Source: Patescibacteria group bacterium
GTDB taxonomy: Bacteria > Patescibacteriota > Patescibacteriia > UBA10025 > JAHIVO01
Assembly: GCA_041660605.1 (NCBI GenBank)
Contig: JBAZWB010000003.1
Coordinates: 82,680-146,679, forward strand
Length of the DNA stretch: 64,000 nucleotides
Reading direction: 5' to 3'
Each line of letters starts with the position of its first letter. The first letter of the stretch is position 1. The position numbers and the translations under genes are program-made. The notes beneath the pieces were generated by a model, which saw nothing but the letters and a program-made list of their open reading frames with translations, did no database searches and had not been told where the DNA came from. Below are positions 58,791 to 64,000 of the stretch, one piece after another.

Positions 58791-59915
58791 ATGCAAAACA
58801 TTTTAATATTAAAATTTCCTTATTCATCATTATTCGGCGGCGGCGAGAAGCACACGCTTATTTTGGTAGAGCAGATGCAGCAGAAAGGCTTTAATTTTTT
58901 CCTGGTTTCTTCCTGCCCGGTCCTGCTGAAAGAATTCAAATCGCGCCGCTGGTTCGCTAAAAAAGCCTGGGCCGGCCGTGAACCGGTTTCCAAGGGCACT
59001 CTTCTGCTCTGGCCGCTGGTGGCGCCGCTGGCTTTTTTTAATTTATTTTTAATTTTACTGCAGTACCGGTTCGGAAAAAAAGTAAAAATACTATACTGTC
59101 TGTCGCTGACGGAAAAAATACTGGCCACGGTGCCGGCCCGGATGCTGGGCATGAAAGTATTCTGGGTGGAACATGTGACCTTTGAACGCTGGCTGACTAA
59201 AAATCCGCTGAAGATATTTTATCGTTTTTTTTCCCGATTCGCCAACGTAGTGGCCATTTCCCAGGTCATCAAACGGCAGCTGATAGAAAAGATAAAAGTG
59301 CGACCGGAAAACATTACAGTTATTTACAATGGCATAGATCTGCGTCAGTTTAGCATGAAGCGCTTCCGCTGGGAGAAAGGCGCACGCTTCAACATCGGCT
59401 GCGTGGCCAGGCTGGAAAAGGAAAAAGGCATCGAGTTTCTGATCCAGGCCATAAAAATTGTCAGAGAGTTTGTGCCTTTTGTCAGGCTGATCATTGTCGG
59501 CGAGGGCGGTGAAAAAAAGAAGCTGGTTTGGCTGTCAGAGAGAATGAACCTGAAAGAAATAATTCAGTGGGTGGGGCATCAGCAAGAGATTGATAAATGG
59601 TATGGTTACTTTGATGTCTATGCCCTGCCTTCGGTTAAGCGAGAATCATTTGGCATTACTCTGGTAGAAGCGATGGCTAGCGGAGTGCCGGTGGTCGGGT
59701 CCAACCTCGGCGGCATACCGGAAATAATTGATAATAAGGTAAACGGGCTTTTGGCCGAGCCGGGCTCCAGTCGTGATCTGGCCGATAAGCTATTATATTT
59801 ATTCAATAACCGCGGCGAGGCCAGGGAAATGGTGCTCCAGGCCCGCGATAAGGTGGAAAAAAACTTCAGCGTGGAACGCATGATCAGGGATTTTTACATA
59901 TTATTAAAAAAGTAA
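58791..59915 (+). CDS. Glycosyltransferase family 4
   Basis: GGGEKH, IYNGID, ARLEKEKG, ESFGITLVEAMASG. Confidence 0.92.
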   Translation: MQNILILKFPYSSLFGGGEKHTLILVEQMQQKGFNFFLVSSCPVLLKEFKSRRWFAKKAWAGREPVSKGTLLLWPLVAPLAFFNLFLILLQYRFGKKVKILYCLSLTEKILATVPARMLGMKVFWVEHVTFERWLTKNPLKIFYRFFSRFANVVAISQVIKRQLIEKIKVRPENITVIYNGIDLRQFSMKRFRWEKGARFNIGCVARLEKEKGIEFLIQAIKIVREFVPFVRLIIVGEGGEKKKLVWLSERMNLKEIIQWVGHQQEIDKWYGYFDVYALPSVKRESFGITLVEAMASGVPVVGSNLGGIPEIIDNKVNGLLAEPGSSRDLADKLLYLFNNRGEAREMVLQARDKVEKNFSVERMIRDFYILLKK

Positions 59916-59917
59916 AT

Positions 59918-61375
59918 ATGGAAGGCGAGACGGGATTAAAATTACCCCCCAAGAGAACTGTGCTGGCACTTTTATCCGGTTTAGGGGCGGCGGTCGTTTT
60001 AAGCATAGCCAATGCATTTTTACCCGGGTTTGTGTTTATTGGCCTGCTGCTGCTTGCGGTTGTCGCCTTTTTTGTTACAAAAGAGCCCTGGCTGGGAGTG
60101 CTGTTGGTGGTCTTTTTCCTGCCTTTTGAACGCCTCGGCGCTTATGAGCTGGGAGGTACAACCATCCGCATCTCGCAGATTATATTGATTATTACTTTGG
60201 GCGCTTGGTTTTTCAGCCTGATTATAAGGAAAAAATTTAATTTCGCAAAAAATCCGGCGTTGGTTTTTTGGATTTTGTTTATTGCCATTAATATAGTTGG
60301 CCTGGCCAACAGTTTGAATTTAGAACGCTCCGTCATGGTGTTAATATATATTATCTTCACCTCTTTATTGGCGTTTTTAGTGCCAAATTTGATTTCAGAT
60401 AAGGAGCGAGTAAAAAAAGTGGTGAGCATATTGCTCATCAGTTTCGTTATTGTTTCAATTTTTGGGTTGTGGCAGTTTCTGGGAGATATGGCGGGCCTGC
60501 CTACGACGATGACCGGTTTGCGCGAACTTTATACAAAAAGTGTCCTGGGTTTTTCCCGGGTTCAGTCAACTGCTTATGAGCCGTTGTATTTCGCCAATTA
60601 TTTGCTGCTGCCGATTTCCCTGCTCTTCGCCTTATTTTTATCGGGGCGCAATGCCATCAAGTCTGGCTGGCTGATTATTTTGATCGGCCTGGGCATGGTA
60701 AATTTGATACTGACAGTCTCGCGCGGCGGCTATCTGGCTATCGCCTTTTCCCTGCTGGTCATTGGAATTTATTTTTTACGGCGTCTTTTAACGGTCAGGA
60801 ATCTGGTTGTTTTTGGATTGGCCGCGGTGCTAGTGGGCTACATTACAGTCAGAGCGCTGGGTTCGGGCGGGCAGCCGTTGACCCTGGAAAAATTTCAGGG
60901 GCACGTAATCAATGCCTTCTATGGAGCTTCGTATGAAGAACGCGTAGAGACATTTACCAATGCTTTTACCATCTGGCGGGAATATCCGGCAGTGGGCATC
61001 GGACCCGGCAGCTTCGGCCCTTATGTCGCGCCACATCCATACTACATGCCTAAGGATGGGTGGAAAATTGTTAATAATGAGTTTATTGAAATATTGGCGG
61101 AAAACGGCCTGATTGGTCTGGCTGTTTTTTCGTTATTTTGCCTTTTTCTGATTATCAGATCGGCCAAGGCTATCAGCCGCTCCGGGGACCGCTATTTGCG
61201 GGCGGTGATGATCGGCTTGCTTGGTGCTTTCATAGGAGTACTGGCACAATACCAGACATTCTCCACATTATATATAATGCAGATCTGGTTTATGATCGGG
61301 CTGATGATCGCCGTGCAAAATATAATATTCGCCAAGCAAAAAAATAATCATGAGGTCCTGGATAAAGCACAATAA
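59918..61375 (+). CDS. O-antigen-ligase-family membrane protein
   Basis: LTVSRGG, GIGPGSF, NNEFIEILAENG. Confidence 0.85.
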   Translation: MEGETGLKLPPKRTVLALLSGLGAAVVLSIANAFLPGFVFIGLLLLAVVAFFVTKEPWLGVLLVVFFLPFERLGAYELGGTTIRISQIILIITLGAWFFSLIIRKKFNFAKNPALVFWILFIAINIVGLANSLNLERSVMVLIYIIFTSLLAFLVPNLISDKERVKKVVSILLISFVIVSIFGLWQFLGDMAGLPTTMTGLRELYTKSVLGFSRVQSTAYEPLYFANYLLLPISLLFALFLSGRNAIKSGWLIILIGLGMVNLILTVSRGGYLAIAFSLLVIGIYFLRRLLTVRNLVVFGLAAVLVGYITVRALGSGGQPLTLEKFQGHVINAFYGASYEERVETFTNAFTIWREYPAVGIGPGSFGPYVAPHPYYMPKDGWKIVNNEFIEILAENGLIGLAVFSLFCLFLIIRSAKAISRSGDRYLRAVMIGLLGAFIGVLAQYQTFSTLYIMQIWFMIGLMIAVQNIIFAKQKNNHEVLDKAQ

Positions 61376-62858
61376 AACTGAATTCATAATATTAGCGATA
61401 ATATTAGTCATTGGCGCTTTTTTACGCCTGTACCATGTAGGCGGTTGGATGCATTTCGGTTCTGACGAGGCCAGGACAGCCGCGGCCGTGCAGGAAATGG
61501 CTAAGGGAGAGAAGTTTTATTTACTTGGCCCGGCCGCCCAGAATAACCGGCCGGATTTCAGTCTGGGGCCGTTTTTTTATTATTTACTGGTGCCTGGCCA
61601 GCTGCTATTCGGCAGTTCGCCAGCCAGCGGCGCCTGGACAGTCGCCATATTCTCGGTCATTTCAATTTTTTTGGTGTATTTTCTAGCGCGTCAGTTTTTC
61701 GGCAGAGCCGCCGGCTTGATGGCCGCTGGCCTTTATGCCACCAGTTTTGTCATGGTTTATTACGGCCGCTGGGTCTGGAACCCGAATGTCGTGCCGTTTT
61801 TTATTTTACTGATATTCATTTCTTTATATAAATTAACGCAGCTGGCCGACAGCAGGAAAAATGAAAAATATTTACATATACTGGCGATTTGTTTCGGTAT
61901 AATAATCCAGTTGCACGGCACTGCCCTTTTTATTCTGCCGATTACATTAATCTTATATTTTTTAATTTTCCGGCCAAAAATATCCTGGAAAAAATACCTT
62001 TTGGCATTATTGATTGTGGCGATTTTGAATTTGCCGGTAATAATTAATGAATTAGGCAGCAATTTTTCCAACACCCGCGGCCTGATCCGGGTATTAACGC
62101 AGGCTGACAGCGGCGCTTCCCCGGGACTGGCCTCGCAAATCGAGCAGACGGCTCGGACCTGGAAAAATTTTTGGTACGAAAGCCTGCTACATGAAAAGTT
62201 AAAATTGCTATTCTATGGCCTACTTCTGCTGTCACTTGGCTATCTGGCAGTTAAATTATTGATTGACGTCAGGAAGCGCGTAAAGAATCCGGCCAGCATC
62301 TTGCTCGCCCTTTGGCTGATACCGACGTTTTTGGTTTTTATCATATATAAGGAAGCCACGCCCACACACTATTTTAGCCTGGTTTTTCCCCTGCCTTTTA
62401 TTCTACTGGCTGGCGCACTGAATATTTTTTGGAAAAAACGTTTTCTCCGCGTCATCCCGGTTGTTATTGCACTAGGCCTGTTTGGCCTGCAGCTATATTA
62501 TTCAGGATTCTTGCTATACGACTTACGGCCAAACGGTTCCCGGGCCAGCTCATATCCGGTAACGCTGACTGATATGGAGCAGGCGGTTGATTTTATAAAA
62601 AATGACGTTAAGGGGCAGAATTTTAATTTTCAGGAGCAGGTAACCACCGGTTATGATAATAGTTACAGGTATTTGTTTTCCCTGCAATCCATAGCGCCAA
62701 GCCAATCGTTACAACCGATTGAATATGATATTTTTATCGGCAAAGTTATCGTCATTGCCAATGAACTGCCTGGCCAGCCGGTGACGGAGGTCAAGAATTT
62801 TGGCAACGTGACCGTGGTAAAAATTAGCCGTCAACCGCTTGACAAACCCGTGCAATGA
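61350..62858 (+). CDS. GT-C (ArnT/PMT-like) glycosyltransferase
   Basis: FLRLY, FGSDEAR, GPFFYY, WNPN, QLH. Confidence 0.8.
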   Translation: MRSWIKHNKTEFIILAIILVIGAFLRLYHVGGWMHFGSDEARTAAAVQEMAKGEKFYLLGPAAQNNRPDFSLGPFFYYLLVPGQLLFGSSPASGAWTVAIFSVISIFLVYFLARQFFGRAAGLMAAGLYATSFVMVYYGRWVWNPNVVPFFILLIFISLYKLTQLADSRKNEKYLHILAICFGIIIQLHGTALFILPITLILYFLIFRPKISWKKYLLALLIVAILNLPVIINELGSNFSNTRGLIRVLTQADSGASPGLASQIEQTARTWKNFWYESLLHEKLKLLFYGLLLLSLGYLAVKLLIDVRKRVKNPASILLALWLIPTFLVFIIYKEATPTHYFSLVFPLPFILLAGALNIFWKKRFLRVIPVVIALGLFGLQLYYSGFLLYDLRPNGSRASSYPVTLTDMEQAVDFIKNDVKGQNFNFQEQVTTGYDNSYRYLFSLQSIAPSQSLQPIEYDIFIGKVIVIANELPGQPVTEVKNFGNVTVVKISRQPLDKPVQ

Positions 62859-62879
62859 AGTAGTTTTTAGTTATAGAGT

Positions 62880-63254
62880 ATGAATAAATTCCCTTCAGTA
62901 GAAATGTTTTATATCACCGCCATAATTTTGGTTGGGTGTTTTGGCCTGGGTTTCTCCTGGCAATATCTGAATGATTCCCGGCCAGTTGTTTCCGTTGCCC
63001 AAATAGTCAATCGCACCCCGCAGATTCTCGGCGCCAGTTCTGAGCGTTCTGCGGCTGAGCTTGATGGGCCCGTCTTGTTTTCTGATGAGATCAATAATTT
63101 ATTTCAGGAATTATGCCTGCGGCCGGCCAGTCAGGAAGAAATCCAGCAATGGACAGGGCAAAGCCGTATTGAGCTGCAGGCCAGCCTGGAACACAGCCAA
63201 GTGTATATTGAGAGGTACCATGGACGGTATTTGGATGGCTGTTTTATCCGTTAG
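62880..63254 (+). CDS. Hypothetical membrane-anchored protein
   Basis: N-terminal TM; QILGAS motif; upstream TTGACA. Confidence 0.6.
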   Translation: MNKFPSVEMFYITAIILVGCFGLGFSWQYLNDSRPVVSVAQIVNRTPQILGASSERSAAELDGPVLFSDEINNLFQELCLRPASQEEIQQWTGQSRIELQASLEHSQVYIERYHGRYLDGCFIR

Positions 63255-63396
63255 AAATTAGCTGAGAATCTAATAACTCCGCTTTTTAGCGGATTTTTTA
63301 TTAAGTGAAATTCGTTTATTTATGTTATAATGTCTTTGTAATGAATGACGTGAAACTGGCGGGTTATTTCAGTAAAGTAAATAATTTCTCTTTCTC

Positions 63397-63594
63397 CTTC
63401 TTTTCTGTGCAAACAGAAAAGAAGCAAAAGAATTGCCGCCTTGATAAAAAATTATCGAAAAAGGGCTCGTCGTCATTCCGCGTTGTAAACTCGCTCCTCG
63501 CTGTCGCTGCGTTCGCTCAAACAGTACAACGCGGTTGCCCATGGGCAACCATTCCTCCTCACTCCTTTTTCTTTTAAATTTTTTATAATGGCGG
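63397..63594. repeat. Long nested stem-loop element
   Basis: ccgcc..aaaaaatt / aatttttt..ggcgg outer arms; ccgcgttgta / tacaacgcgg inner arms; ggttgcccatgggcaacc. Confidence 0.7.
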
Positions 63595-63638
63595 ATTAAA
63601 TTATTATTTGTATATAAAAAAATAAGCGATTTTAATTA

Positions 63639-64000
63639 ATGTTAGAAACAATTTTAATAATTCTATTCACGGCGGTATTCTTCCTGATTGCCTGGCGGAA
63701 GCTCGACTGGGCGATTGTTTTGGCTTTATTGCTGCTGCCCAGCTATTTGCTGAGATTTCAGGCCTGGTTTGTCCCGATGACTATTCTGGAAACGATGCTG
63801 CTGGTCCTTTTTATCGTCTGGCTGATCAAAACCCTCGGCTGGCATAAAAATTCCCTGGCTGAGAAATTTAAAAGCATTTGGTGGCCGTGGAAATGGAGCT
63901 TACTGGTTTTTTTGCTGGCTGGCGTTTTAGCCGTGATTATTTCTCCTGATACCAGGCAGGCACTGGGGCTCTGGAAAGCCTATATTATTGAGCCGCTGCT
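63639..64000 (+). CDS. O-antigen-ligase-like protein, N-terminal part (truncated by the window)
   Basis: MLETILII...LPSYLLRF...PMTILE...ALGLWKAYIIEPL; frame open to the end. Confidence 0.7.
   Translation, partial: MLETILIILFTAVFFLIAWRKLDWAIVLALLLLPSYLLRFQAWFVPMTILETMLLVLFIVWLIKTLGWHKNSLAEKFKSIWWPWKWSLLVFLLAGVLAVIISPDTRQALGLWKAYIIEPL

Noticed and set aside
1-64000. Alternative genetic code (UGA=Gly, code 25)
   Set aside because: Conserved genes translate full length in code 11 and several end at TGA (yidC, tsaD, GIY-YIG)

Overview
Chromosomal origin region of a small-genome bacterium, most likely CPR/Patescibacteria (Parcubacteria/ABY1-like). This is inferred from gene style, SD-less core genes and standard code 11. 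It contains dnaN-dnaA/rpmH-rnpA-yidD-yidC with DnaA boxes, and housekeeping genes tyrS, valS, tsaD, tsaE, ruvB and queA. There is a GH57-kinase-PHP-glgA-GalT-like alpha-glucan operon, cell-envelope genes (PBP1A, VanW, SpoIID, sortase, PilB, flippase/GT/O-antigen-ligase) and many orphan genes with their own promoters. Two things stand out. (1) A large-serine-recombinase island in tRNA-Glu(UUC) at 34560-38704, in which attL-, attR-, attB-like and an intact inverted attP-like junction all occur around a TA dinucleotide. (2) A recurring architecture of displaced old gene terminus + CCCGC hairpin + spacer + replacement terminus. It is seen at tsaD, at both ends of tRNA-Glu (one copy carrying a GIY-YIG nuclease) and twice at the 3' end of a repeat-protein gene. 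It suggests an undescribed terminus-replacing hairpin/GIY-YIG mobile element. All calls are from reading the sequence; no database searches were run.
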